Below, piece after piece: positions 30,978 to 42,009 of a stretch of DNA of 64,000 bases. The notes under the pieces are model-generated. The model saw only the letters and a list, made by a program, of their open reading frames with translations, had not been told where the DNA came from and made no database searches. The first letter of the stretch is position 1, and the number at the start of each line of letters is the position of its first letter. The stretch is from IMG/VR virus record IMGVR_UViG_3300025073_000880, one strand, 5' to 3'. The DNA comes from a virus. Taxonomy: Duplodnaviria; Heunggongvirae; Uroviricota; Caudoviricetes. Both the position numbers and the translations under genes were made by a program.

Positions 30978-31053
30978 TGGAGCCCATGGAAGGACTTGAA
31001 CCAACAACCATTTGATTACAGATCAACTACTCTACCAATTGAGCTACACAGGC
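30978..31053 (-). tRNA. tRNA with an encoded CCA. Anticodon probably UGU (Thr), but the anticodon and T arms are non-canonical.
   Basis: Acceptor GCCUGUG/CAUGGGC; D arm GCUC-AAUUGGUA-GAGU; T loop UUCAAGU. The T stem has two U-U mismatches. The anticodon loop UCUGUAA has C33. Confidence 0.45.
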
Positions 31054-31621
31054 GAATGATTATTAGACTAACGTCCTAACGGTGTTTTTAAAAATCCTTT
31101 TATACCAAGGCAAAGATAAAATATTCGATACCAATTTATTCTTCTCCTCTAAAACCACTTTGGCTACATGTTCGCTAATCGCATCAGAAATATCGTTAAT
31201 GTTTATTCTTATAAGAGCGTCAAACTTATTAATGTCATTGGTCTTAATGTAATAACAATTATTAGTGCCAAGCCCATCGCCAATCATCCTTAAGTGGTAC
31301 TCATCCTCACCGGTAATATCGTTTAATTTTAAAACATCAGGAATCTTTCCGTTGCGTATTTTTTTAATAAAATCATGAGGATTAACATCTCTAGTCAACA
31401 AATCAATTATTTTTATATTGTAATTAACGCTTTCCATCTATTAATCTTTGTGTGATTCTTTTTTTAATAAAGCCTCTTTCTTAATTCTAGCCTCACGCTT
31501 TTTAAACTCCTTTATACGCCTGTTTATATTTCTACGTTTCCAAGCCACACTATTAAAAATAGATATGTTATTGACTCTCTCAAGATATGAAAGCATGCCC
31601 TTAGCCATTTTTACTTTTGTT

Positions 31622-32632
31622 TTATGCGTCATAGTCTAAAAGATATTTATTAGAAATAGCCTTAAACGATAACCTCCCACCCCTATATCCAGACTCTACC
31701 TTTGACCTAACAACAACACCCTCACGATCAACCTCTGGATTTAGCATGCTCTTGCCATCAGCATATCTTAACATATCATCAACTGTTTTTGGCAAGATAA
31801 AGTTATCATCAATTACAGGCACAACGTCAAGGTTTAATGCTTCACACAATTGAACAAAATCTATAAAATCCAAAAAACACCCTGATTTTATATTATAAGC
31901 ATTAAAGAAAAATACCTTTTGCCCGGATAGTTTTAATGGATTTTTTTGAATACCCTCGCCTACAAGCTCTCCTTGCAAAGCCATGTTGTCAGGAAGCTTA
32001 TCTGGCAGATTAAGCTCTTTGGCTAATCGCCACTGAGTAACGTCACTCTCCTCTAATTCCAAATTACGACTACAAACACCAAATACTCCATCAAATTTAT
32101 AAAATGTAATGGACGATCCGTCTAATTTTTCTGTGACATAGAACCTCGACAAAACACCGCCCATGTTCTGAATCCTCTCTTCATCTGTTTTTGGGATAAA
32201 ATTTGGGAATGACCCTTTTACCTTACCCGATAAATAAGCGGGGATTGGCATTTCATACTTTATCACCCCAAGCAAATCAGACACTTCCAAGCCCTCCACC
32301 ATACCCTCTATACCTACACCCAACAAAGAGATAGGCATTACAAGCCCTTGGCTTATTGTGTCTTTCAATTTTACTGTTTTTAACCGTATACCTTCGACCT
32401 CAACACCATCAACCAACATCTTCTTCGGCTTTGATCCTCTTAACAAAAACTCATACTCAGGCTTTATTGGCAAAAACGAATCAATCTCATAATATAAAAC
32501 TAAATCACCGACATTAAACTCATCTTTTTTAACAATGACCCACCAATCGTTTATCCTAACAGATTCAATGAAATCAGCTTTTGGGATAACCCTTTTTTCT
32601 CGAACCCTTTGTATTGTTACCAATTTTCTCAT
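31622..32632 (-). CDS. ATP-dependent RNA ligase (Rnl2/DraRnl-like nucleotidyltransferase).
   Basis: Motif I TEKLDGSS (KxDG); EGVVVR (motif IV); LSFKAI (motif V). Confidence 0.6.
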   Translation of the reverse strand: MRKLVTIQRVREKRVIPKADFIESVRINDWWVIVKKDEFNVGDLVLYYEIDSFLPIKPEYEFLLRGSKPKKMLVDGVEVEGIRLKTVKLKDTISQGLVMPISLLGVGIEGMVEGLEVSDLLGVIKYEMPIPAYLSGKVKGSFPNFIPKTDEERIQNMGGVLSRFYVTEKLDGSSITFYKFDGVFGVCSRNLELEESDVTQWRLAKELNLPDKLPDNMALQGELVGEGIQKNPLKLSGQKVFFFNAYNIKSGCFLDFIDFVQLCEALNLDVVPVIDDNFILPKTVDDMLRYADGKSMLNPEVDREGVVVRSKVESGYRGGRLSFKAISNKYLLDYDA

Positions 32633-32846
32633 AAATATTTATCCTCACCTTCCTCTTCAAACTCCTCCTCTTCAAAAATATTGTTATCAACCTCAATAAG
32701 CTCCAAATATTCAGGCATAAAAATATTTTAACATTTTAAGATAACTCTATAATAGCACACTTCTTCGTGCTTGTCAAGCCACTTATCAACAATGTTTTAT
32801 TTCAATCCACCCCAAGCCATACATTTTTATAAATCATTTGTGCTTT

Positions 32847-33272
32847 TTATTTGTTATTAAACACTTTAAACTCTTCTGAATAATATGTTGTCTTACATTT
32901 TTCACACCTATAACACGCAGTAAAATAATATTTTTTCTTTAATTGTTTTGGTTTAAATATAATTTCTGAATATTTAACATCACCACCACATTTTCTACAA
33001 ACAGACCCATCAACCATTTTTATTCCTGTTGATTTTTTAGATTTAAACTCAACCGCATTACCGCACATCTGACAAGTAGCTATAATCCAACCATCGACAT
33101 ACTGGAAACTCCAATTATTGTCTAAACATTTATCACAATTCCCCATCCCCATATTTATTTCCTCTAATCTACCAGCTATACTTTTCTTGTATTTTGTATC
33201 CTTCAAAAATTGGTAATGTTTGCCTGTCAATCTTACACCTTTAACAAATCTAGTTGTATTACTATTTCTCAT
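32847..33272 (-). CDS. Multi-CxxC zinc-ribbon protein.
   Basis: Four CxxC pairs (CDKC, CQMC, CRKC, CYRCEKC). Confidence 0.4.
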   Translation of the reverse strand: MRNSNTTRFVKGVRLTGKHYQFLKDTKYKKSIAGRLEEINMGMGNCDKCLDNNWSFQYVDGWIIATCQMCGNAVEFKSKKSTGIKMVDGSVCRKCGGDVKYSEIIFKPKQLKKKYYFTACYRCEKCKTTYYSEEFKVFNNK

Positions 33273-33289
33273 ACATAGTTATCATGATT

Positions 33290-35350
33290 ACTATGTTCCT
33301 TACCGCCACCACACCACCACAGCTCTGCCTGCTCTCCCTCTCTCCCTATGAAGCAGTCTATCTATTGCTATATTAGTATTGGTAGACTATCCCTCTCCCA
33401 GAATGCTGTCTGGGTCATTGGGTCTGCTTCGGCGGTCGGTCGGTCGTTTAGCGTCGCTTTCATACCGCTAGAATATTTAAAGGCTATTCTCCATGTATGA
33501 ATATGGTCTTTACCACTCATCTTGGAAGCCCAAATATTTTGAGCCTTTTGATCAACGGTAAAATATCTATATAATATCCATATAAAAAACCACCATTCGT
33601 AGCTTACTGCTTACCTATATACCCAACGACGAGTTTGGTAGCAGGAAAGCCACAAATAGTGGTTCTTTTCGTCGTTGGCATATTTTCCTCTTTCTCTCTA
33701 CACCCATTACAGCATACGCATTTAACTGTGTCAAGACATCCCTAAAAAAAACCCTGTGGATAACTCATAAATATCACCTATTTTACCAACAAATTCCACA
33801 CCCTCTTACCATAAAAATTGCATAAATACACCACCAGTACCCCACCAATAAATAATCCAAATGTAACTAAACAATATACAAGCAATGCAATAACACTATA
33901 CACTACAACATCAATTAAAAATAACATATGTTTATATTCTTAGTTTATATTCTTAACCCTCAACACATTGGTGATATGATTAGTAACTACTACTATCTTA
34001 AACTTATAGATTTTGCGGGCAGTTAATGTCGCAAACATATTGCAATCATCGGCTTTGATGCCCACCAGCTATAAGAGTCCAAGGCATTTATGCAATATGC
34101 CAAGAGTTAAAAATATTACCTTTTATGCAATTTCTTTATCTTAACACACAAAACTTTACTTGTCAATCTAAATAACCATAAAACACCAAAACTGTCAATA
34201 TTACCCAAATCCTAGCCGGATTTTTTTTGACCCCAACTCTTTTTCACCTCTCCACCACCCTACCCAACTGCCCCCCCCCCTACCCCCAACCATCACACCA
34301 AAAGGACAAAACCTAACTAACACTCAACCTCCAGCTTCAATTCTGGGGTTCTACAAGCCCCGTACAGCATCGAAACTATACTTTTAATGATAATGTACCA
34401 CTCAGCCTTTTTAGACCCCTGTTTTGACACTCTTTTTGGATGACCCCTGGCTTTGAGGCCTAGGGCTTAGAACCCAAGCCTCAGGGCTCAAGGCTTAGGG
34501 CTTAGAACCCAAGGCTTAAAGCCCATAACCTGAAACCAAAAGCCAAAAGCTCAAGGCTTAAGGCTGGCAACCAAAAGATTAGTAACCACAAAGCAATGGG
34601 GCAACATAACCAGATAGACATACTCTTTCCTAAAATTTTATCCGCAGAGCGTGAGGGTACCATATATAAGGGGGGGGCACATTTGGGGGAGTCCCCGCCA
34701 AGACACTCCCCCCCCACCCTTCCACCACGCAACCACAAGCCTTCCGCCTTTGGGCTTTAGGCTCGTGAGTTGTGGGGGGGCTTGTAAGTTTTTTAGGTTA
34801 GGGCTTGAGGCTTGGGGCTTGGGGCAAAATACCTGTCGGGGAAAATGATATAGACTTGACTGTAACATTTTTAGTCTTTTGGCTTGTTCTATTAGTTTCA
34901 AGTGTCGGCAAATATACCTTTTACGACTCTTAGCTTTGGGCTGTGGATAAAAAAAACTACTCACTTGACAAGCAGAAAAAAATACTGTATCCTAATAATA
35001 GGAAGGAATGAACTGTACCATTGGCATATAGGCTAATATCTTTACACATTTTTGTCGAAAAAAAGGGACTATGGGTGATTATTCATCCACCTTGTCGGCT
35101 CAATGTGTTAGTAATTGGCTTGTAGAGCTTGGAGGCTCAAGGCTTGGGGGCGGGTAAGATAATAGTTGATTACTGCATCGGCTATTCCCGCCCTTAGCGG
35201 TTGGGCGTTCCATATGCCCTTTCGTCTTATGACGATTGCCCTCCGCCTTAGAGCCTTAAAGATCCAAAAATTATTTAACATTTCGCCATTTTTAGCTTAT
35301 TTTTCAATTTTAGCCAAAAAATGGGGCTTAAAATTGACCCATAAGAGATT
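33290..35350. other. Non-coding hub about 2 kb long where transcription diverges. Contains iteron-like repeats, hairpins and G/C homopolymer tracts. Candidate replication origin or regulatory region.
   Basis: No credible ORF. Minus genes end at its left edge and plus genes start at 35357. Contains an 18-bp direct repeat TAGGGCTTAGAACCCAAG x2 (34461 and 34494), GGCTTGAGGCTTGGGGCTTGGGG, and C10/G8/C8/G7 tracts at 34271, 34670, 34698 and 34774. Confidence 0.5.
34334..34432 (+). repeat. Conserved ~100-nt intergenic element, copy a.
   Basis: CTTCAATTCTGGGGTTCTACAAGCCCCGTACAGCATCGAAACTATACTTTTAATGATAATGTACCACTCAGC...TTTTGACAC. The two other copies are at 37949 and 62343 (reverse orientation). Confidence 0.6.
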
Positions 35351-35838
35351 AAAAAGGTGAAAGCGATAAAACATATGGCTAAAAAAACATTATTACAATT
35401 CGAGGCAGTGAAAGAGGGGGAGGCTCTTCTCCTCAAGGTCAAGGCAACAAAAAAATTGGAGGAGTTATTTAAAAATCTATCCGAGAGTTCAACAGGGCTT
35501 TCTGGTCGTTGGTATAATACCAACAATGAAGGGCTTCAGTTTTATACCAACAATGAAAAAATCAATGAGGCAATGAAGAAGTCAGTATCTTATTTTGACG
35601 AATATTTTTTTGATGATTTCGGGTCTGGGCTGATTGATGGGAGCAGAATAAATGTGGCTATCCTACGAGCTGTAGGGATTAGTGAAGGATTAACAATGCG
35701 GACAACAGAGCTTATCACTCACGATGGATTGAAGAATTATATTGAGAAGTTGGCACAATTTTCTAAGGATTTATACCAAAATTTTTTGAAAAAAGATAAA
35801 ATAAAGGCTTTAGTCACTTTTGAGATTTAAAAAAAAAT

Positions 35839-36540
35839 ATGAGAAACTTTAAAATCGGATTTGAGCTCGAGGGGAAATTTAATCAAAATATATACTATAA
35901 GACCAGAAAGCTAGGAGACTATAAGGGGGACGGATCTGTCACTGTTAGCGATTATCTTGGGAATTCAATCAGAGAAGAAGAATTTGCGAGTTATGCTAAT
36001 TTTGTTAAACCTACACTTGAGTTGTTGCGAACATTCATAATCGGAGAAAATTATATCTACAACAATACTTGTGGACTTCACTTGCATGTGTCCTTGTTTG
36101 ACTATCCATCCAGCATATTACAAAATCTTGCTACTTCGTGGAGTTTTATTTCAAAACTACAGGGAGAGGCTGGGACGATGTGTGAATGTGTTCAAGCGAG
36201 ATTAAAGGGTAATCGTTTTTGTCAAAAGTATAATAAGGCAAATTTTATGTACGACGCCGAAAACGGAACAAAATACCGCTTTTGTCGTTTTCATCCTATC
36301 GGGACGCTTGAGTTTCGGTTTTTAGCTCCTTGCGAGCATAGGGAGGACAACATTATGAAGTTATTGACATTGATTGATGATTATTTATTTTTAGCTAAAA
36401 AAATATACTCGCAAGAAGTTGAGGATGAAAAAACAAAAAATCAGAAAATTATTATTAATTTTGAAAAAATAGAAAATGCAGAAACAATAAACATTGTGAT
36501 AGATAATTGTCAGCCTTCTAGCATTAATCTTAATCTTTAA
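35839..36540 (+). CDS. Amidoligase-like (glutamine-synthetase-like amidoligase_2-type) protein. Tentative.
   Basis: N-terminal FELEGKF acidic motif and CGLHLHVSL His motif. Directly upstream of a class-II GATase-like gene. Confidence 0.35.
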   Translation: MRNFKIGFELEGKFNQNIYYKTRKLGDYKGDGSVTVSDYLGNSIREEEFASYANFVKPTLELLRTFIIGENYIYNNTCGLHLHVSLFDYPSSILQNLATSWSFISKLQGEAGTMCECVQARLKGNRFCQKYNKANFMYDAENGTKYRFCRFHPIGTLEFRFLAPCEHREDNIMKLLTLIDDYLFLAKKIYSQEVEDEKTKNQKIIINFEKIENAETINIVIDNCQPSSINLNL

Positions 36541-36546
36541 ATAAAT

Positions 36547-37323
36547 ATGTGTTATCTAGCAACAATTATTCCAACAAAAAAAAATAAAAAACTAAGTGAG
36601 GAAACCCAAAAAGCCTTTTTGGAAATTATGGTAGCCAAAATAAATGCTAATCCGCATGGCTTCGCCATGCTCACATCGGCAGGGCAAAAAATAAGAACCC
36701 TCAATCCAAAAATTTTTTATAAAATGATTGAAAAGAACATTGAAACCGATTTTGATTTTATGGTTTTTCACGCTAGATATGCTACGGCTGGGGATATGAA
36801 TTATCAAAATATACATCTATGGGACATTGACGGTTGGCATTTCGGGCATAATGGTTGGACAGGTAGGAATAGAACAAAAAATGTTAAATCTGATAGTTTA
36901 CTATTTTTTGAGGAATTGGCGGAAAAAATAAATACGACTGATAAAAAAGATGATAGCATTACTAAGGCAATCAATGAGACAGCTATATCTCACAATTTTA
37001 CTGGAAGGGCAATGTTATTATCGCCAAACAATGAAAAAATGTACTTATTCGGTGATTTTGAGGTTTATGTTCTTGATGATTGCATAATTATATCATCTGC
37101 AACAATTAGTTTTGAATATTCTGTAATCTCTTATGGCTTGGCTTTTGATAAAGAGATTGAATCATTGAATCAAAACATTGAGGGGGTTTACACCTTTGAC
37201 TTTGAATTATCTGAATTTAAGTTTTTGGCTAACAATGCAGAACATCCAAAAGAATATACTAACAGGACAATAGACTTCAATCGGTCTGTGGGCTTTGGGT
37301 TTGATTATGATCACAATTATTAG
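36547..37323 (+). CDS. Class II glutamine amidotransferase-like Ntn hydrolase (Cys2 nucleophile).
   Basis: Starts MC(Y); HARYATAGD and FGHNGW motifs, cf. the GATase_2 motifs MCGI / RYATxG / HNG. Confidence 0.55.
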   Translation: MCYLATIIPTKKNKKLSEETQKAFLEIMVAKINANPHGFAMLTSAGQKIRTLNPKIFYKMIEKNIETDFDFMVFHARYATAGDMNYQNIHLWDIDGWHFGHNGWTGRNRTKNVKSDSLLFFEELAEKINTTDKKDDSITKAINETAISHNFTGRAMLLSPNNEKMYLFGDFEVYVLDDCIIISSATISFEYSVISYGLAFDKEIESLNQNIEGVYTFDFELSEFKFLANNAEHPKEYTNRTIDFNRSVGFGFDYDHNY

Positions 37324-37948
37324 ATTTTACGATTTGGTGTTTGGGGGAATTACATAAATCCCCTTTGCATTAAATCATAAAAATAAAACTATGTATTATT
37401 GTGATTATTCATTGATATACTGTATGCCCGATGACAATACACAGGAGCTTTGTGTCAATATCTACAATCAACGAATTATTCGTGTTTATTCTGAAACTAT
37501 TGTAGGTGTATGGGATGATAGTGAAGATGTAGAAAAAACAATTAAAGAAGTCGCAGAAAGTAAAAATTTTGTGCCGTTTCATTTAATTCACGAAGATTAA
37601 AAATTTATGAAATTATTAACAAAAAAAATTATTGAGCGTTTTCGAGAAGTTGGTAGTCAAGAAAACAATCCTAATCCGATTGTTATAGCTAAATTTTTCA
37701 ATCCAGTTGGAGCTGGGACTTGGTATGCGACAGAATACAACGAGACAGAGCAAGTTTTTTTTGGCTATGTATCAATTTTTGGTGGGGGATGTGATGAGTG
37801 GGGTTATTTTAGCCTTGCAGAATTGGAGGAGTTGAAATTGCCTTTTGGTTTTGGGATAGAGAGGGATATTTTTGGAAAAGAAAAAAGGATAAAGGAATAT
37901 TTAAAATAAATAGAATGATGTTTTATAGTTTTAATGTTTAGCTTATAT

Positions 37949-38045
37949 CTTCAATTCTGAAGCTCTACAAGCCTCGTACAGCGATAAAATTACATTTTTA
38001 ATGGTATACCATTACTTTAAATTTTAAAGGGTCTGTTTGGCTTAA
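37949..38045 (+). repeat. Conserved ~100-nt intergenic element, copy b.
   Basis: CTTCAATTCTGAAGCTCTACAAGCCTCGTACAGCGATAAAATTACATTTTTAATGGTATACC... Confidence 0.6.
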
Positions 38046-38740
38046 TTTTTATATAATATCAATTTGAAAAACCGCCACAACTTGACGGAAAAGTAAAGAA
38101 AGCAAAAAAAATAAGTTTATGTCTCAAGAATTTAAACCATTCACTATGAATCAAGACGGACGGAGGAAAATAATGCCGTCAGAATATGAGGCAATCCGAG
38201 CTTATTATAAGTCGGTCAAATCGCAACGAGAAACCGCAAAATATTATGGAGTAAGCAGAAGATTGATTGTTTTTATCTTATATTTTGAACGATTGTCAAA
38301 ATTGTATGCTGATAGAAAAGAAAAAAAAAGTATGGTTAAAATATTATGACAGAGAAAAACATTGTAAAGCTATACAAAAAATAAGAGCAAAAAAACGCCT
38401 GTTATGTCCAGTTATTCAAAAATCTAAATAATAAATAAAATATAAATCTATGGGAATTTATGCAAAAGTGTCTGCCGAAATCAACTGTAATAACAAAAAA
38501 ACAACAAAAACAATAAAACAAGTGCTTAAAAAAATGGCACAAGAAGATGACAATGGGAATTTTAATTTTTCAAGTGTTTTAGTGGAAGGCGAAACTGTTT
38601 TTTTAGAACACGATAGTAATAGAAGTGTAAATCTGTATTGGCAATTAGAGAAAATTTGGGAAAAAATAAATGAAATTGAAGGGGTGCAGAATATGAATGC
38701 TCCAATTATGGTAGAAGGTGAAGGGTTTTACGCAGAAAAT

Positions 38741-38800
38741 TAGGTAAGTTTTCCACCTTTAGCCATTAGCCTTGAGCCTTTGGGGTTTGAGGCTATAAGC
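38741..38800 (+). repeat. Intergenic repeat (TTCCACCTTTAGCCATTAGCCTTGAGCC...GAGGCT), copy 1 of 2.
   Basis: Second copy at 39401-39470. Each follows the stop of a plus-strand gene. Confidence 0.5.
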
Positions 38801-39400
38801 AAAAGGTTGATAATTTAATATCTGAATACCTTAAATTTGAGAAAATTTTAATTAAATAACTATAAAAATGTATGAAAACTTACATAAGAACAACGACAAA
38901 TGGCAAGATTATAGTTGGATTGGTAAAAGATTTCAAAACAGTAGCAAGATTTGAGGATTATTATATTAGTGATTACTTGTCTGAAAAAATAAAGCGAGGC
39001 GAATTTGAAATAATAGGACAGCCAAAAGGCAATAAATATACAAGAGTAAAATTTACAAACTAATTTAAAAAATGTATGAATACTACAAAAGAACAATTAA
39101 ACAAAATAAAAAGTTGGTGTAAAGATTTTGAGAAATCAAATTTTGATATGCTTAACAATATAGATGAAAACACTTTTGAGGGATCAGCGTATATTATCTT
39201 TAAAAAAATTCTAAAAGATTCTAATAAATAAACAATAATAATTTAATATGACTTTTTATCAAAAATACAAATGGTCATGGCTAACATTAAAACAAAAAGA
39301 TTTACGCTTAAAGTGTGGACGGATAATGGGGGAAATACTTTACTGGCTTATTATAACAGCCGAAATAGCCATTATACTTTTAGTGTTTATTGGGTTGACT

Positions 39401-39470
39401 AAATAAGCCTTTCCACCTTTGGCAGTTAGCCTTGAGCCGTAAAGATTCGAGGCTTTGAGCGAAAGGTCGA
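39401..39470 (+). repeat. Intergenic repeat, copy 2.
   Basis: TTCCACCTTTGGCAGTTAGCCTTGAGCC...GAGGCTTTGAGCGAAAGGTCGAG. Confidence 0.5.
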
Positions 39471-40998
39471 GAATATAAATAACTAAAATAACTAATAACT
39501 ATAAAAAATATGGGGAGATATTATTCTGGGGATATCGAGGGCAAATTTTGGTTTGCAGTCCAAGATTCAAATGACGCTGATTTTTTTGGTGTAGTAGGTG
39601 ATGAAATCACAAACCTTCAGTATTACTTTTCAACCAAAGACTTAAAAAAGGTCAATGCAGGTGTCAAAAAATGCTTAACTGAATTGAGCAAGTATAAAAA
39701 ACAAATGGATGTTTTCTTTGAAAAAAACAATGTTTACAATGACGAGATGTTAAGAAAGTTTTTAGATATTACTATGGTGAAAACAAAAAAACTTTTAGTT
39801 TGGTATGCTAGGTTGGGACTTGGAGAAAAAATCCAAAAATGCCTTAAAGAAAGTGGGAGCTGTTGTTTCGATGCAGAAATTTAATTATTAACTTATATTT
39901 GTATGGGACAGTATTATCATCCAATAAACTTGGATAAAAAAGAACACCTTAGTAGCCACGATTACGACAATGGCCTGAAGCTAATGGAGCATTCTTGGGT
40001 AGGAAACGATTTTGTAGAAACAGTTTGTGAGCTATTAAAGCCAAATGGTAGTTGGTATAAAAATAGAATAGTTTGGCTTGGTGATTATGCAGATGACGAA
40101 AAGTTAAACAAGGCTTTAGATGACGGTAAAAGTAAAAAGATTGAACCGGAGAAAAAAGATAGCAATTCTGTTTATAAGTTTTTAGTAAATCACTCTAAAA
40201 AATACTTTGTAGATTTTTCGGAAATCCCAGAAGGGGATAGTGGTTGGAAAATTAACCCATTACCACTCTTAACCTGTGAGGGCAATGGCAGGGGTGGAGG
40301 TGACTTCCATGTCGAAAACAGTTTGGTCGGCTTATGGGCTAGGGATATTATACCGGTAGAGGATAAAAAGCCCAAGGGGTATGAAAAAATAGTATTTGAT
40401 TTGGTAGAATAATAAATTATTAAACTAAACATTTCATATGAAGATTACACAAAAAGAGTTGAAGAAATTCACGGCGGAAGATATGCCCGCCGAGTTTTCC
40501 ATGAACGAAGCTAGAAAGATAATTGAGGACATGAGCAATTTGGGGACTGTATCATTTAATTTTTATTGCCTTGAGGATAGTTCAGCCGACTCCTACTGGA
40601 ATGAGGCGAGGGTTGAAGTCAACAAGGACAACAGGTTTTATGAGGTTGTTTATAATTGTGATGTTAAGCTGTGGGATGATATGGCTCAAAAAGATTTGAT
40701 TGATATTATCAACGACCTTGAAGATGACGCCCAAAAAACCCTTTGTGCTTTTGGTGGTCGGGTTTATATTAAAGATTAAAAATAAAAATGATAGGACATA
40801 GTGGTGAAACATATATATGTTTCACTGCTATGTTTACTAGAATAAAGATTAACAAAAAACTATGGAAAATCAAAAAAATATTTGGCGAAAATTTAAACAA
40901 TGGTTTGTAAATCAAAATAGTTTGATATTTTCTTTGTGTATTTTTATTATGTTTGGTTTATTTATTAAGTTTGTAATAATTAAAATAATTAGAACCAT

Positions 40999-41415
40999 AT
41001 GAGTTTACTATCAACAAAAAAAGCTGCTAATTACCTTAATATTCATACCTCAACACTTATTGCATGGGAATATAGAGGGCTAATTCAACCGAAAAGAATA
41101 GGACTTGGAAAACAAAGAAGATATACCATCGAGAGTCTCGACTCTTTAATGGAATATATAAAACCTGAAAGAGAAAAGCCAATTAAAGATATGCTTCCTG
41201 TGCATATGGTTATGGAAAAATTGAATATAAGCAGACAAACTCTTTATAGGTGGAGAAAGGCTGGAAAGCTGATAGCTTATGATTTAGCGGGGAAAAAATC
41301 AAAGTATTACAAAAAGAATGATATTAAAAATCTTTTAGAAAATAGACAAGACAATCAATCGTGTAATTTTAATATTAAGTTTTTAAAAAATGAAGACTTG
41401 ATAGAGTGGGAATAA
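40999..41415 (+). CDS. DNA-binding protein with two MerR/excisionase-type HTH domains.
   Basis: AANYLNIHTSTLIAWEYRGLI and MEKLNISRQTLYRWRKAGKLIAY. Confidence 0.5.
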   Translation: MSLLSTKKAANYLNIHTSTLIAWEYRGLIQPKRIGLGKQRRYTIESLDSLMEYIKPEREKPIKDMLPVHMVMEKLNISRQTLYRWRKAGKLIAYDLAGKKSKYYKKNDIKNLLENRQDNQSCNFNIKFLKNEDLIEWE

Positions 41416-41464
41416 AATATTTTTCTCGAGTTAAGAGGGATTTAGTTGTATAACTTTGTAAAAA

Positions 41465-41496
41465 CAAAACAAGGGGTCTATGCCTCTTGTTTTTGC
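41465..41496. terminator. Bidirectional rho-independent terminator.
   Basis: Hairpin ACAAGGGGTCTATGCCTCTTGT flanked by an A-run to the left and a T-run to the right. Confidence 0.6.
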
Positions 41497-41747
41497 AAAA
41501 GCTGTATAAGCATAAAGCTCTGTGGGATAGGTTTAGTATACACCAAACTAACGGCCATTCTATTCAAAATAGAACTCATGATTTAATTTGCATATAAATT
41601 AAATAGCAAATTCATCTCACATCAACACCATTACAATTACACAGACTTTCTATACAACCGATTATATCTTCAGCCTATGGTGTAGAGTGTAAAATGACTT
41701 GTTTCTTTGAACTCTCTCCATAAACGAAGCAAAATTGTATTTACACA

Positions 41748-41765
41748 CTTATTATAACACAAGTC
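41748..41765 (-). promoter_or_regulatory. Conserved promoter-like motif, copy 4. It points into a gene-free ~250-nt stretch that ends at the terminator.
   Basis: TTATTATAACACAAGTCC. Confidence 0.4.
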
Positions 41766-42009
41766 CTATTATGTGAGAATAATTTTCATTGATATTTAAT
41801 TTATTGATTAGGGTATTTTTTATTTAATTTTATTAAAGTAATGAAAAATATAAGTAATATAATATGAAAAATATTGGAAAAGTTAGAGCTTGATTTTCTC
41901 CAATACTCACCAAATATCTTCCAAGTAAAAATTGGCAAGCAAACAATACAAATAATCCAACTATTACAAATATTTTTCTTTAGAATGATTTAATCATATT
42001 ATTTTTTAA

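Noticed and set aside
34502-34964. ORFs 34502-34738, 34638-34964 and 34651-34848 inside the non-coding hub.
   Set aside because: Translations are Pro/Gly/Leu-rich and driven by homopolymers and GC-rich repeats. They have no starts in genic context. Treated as non-coding.
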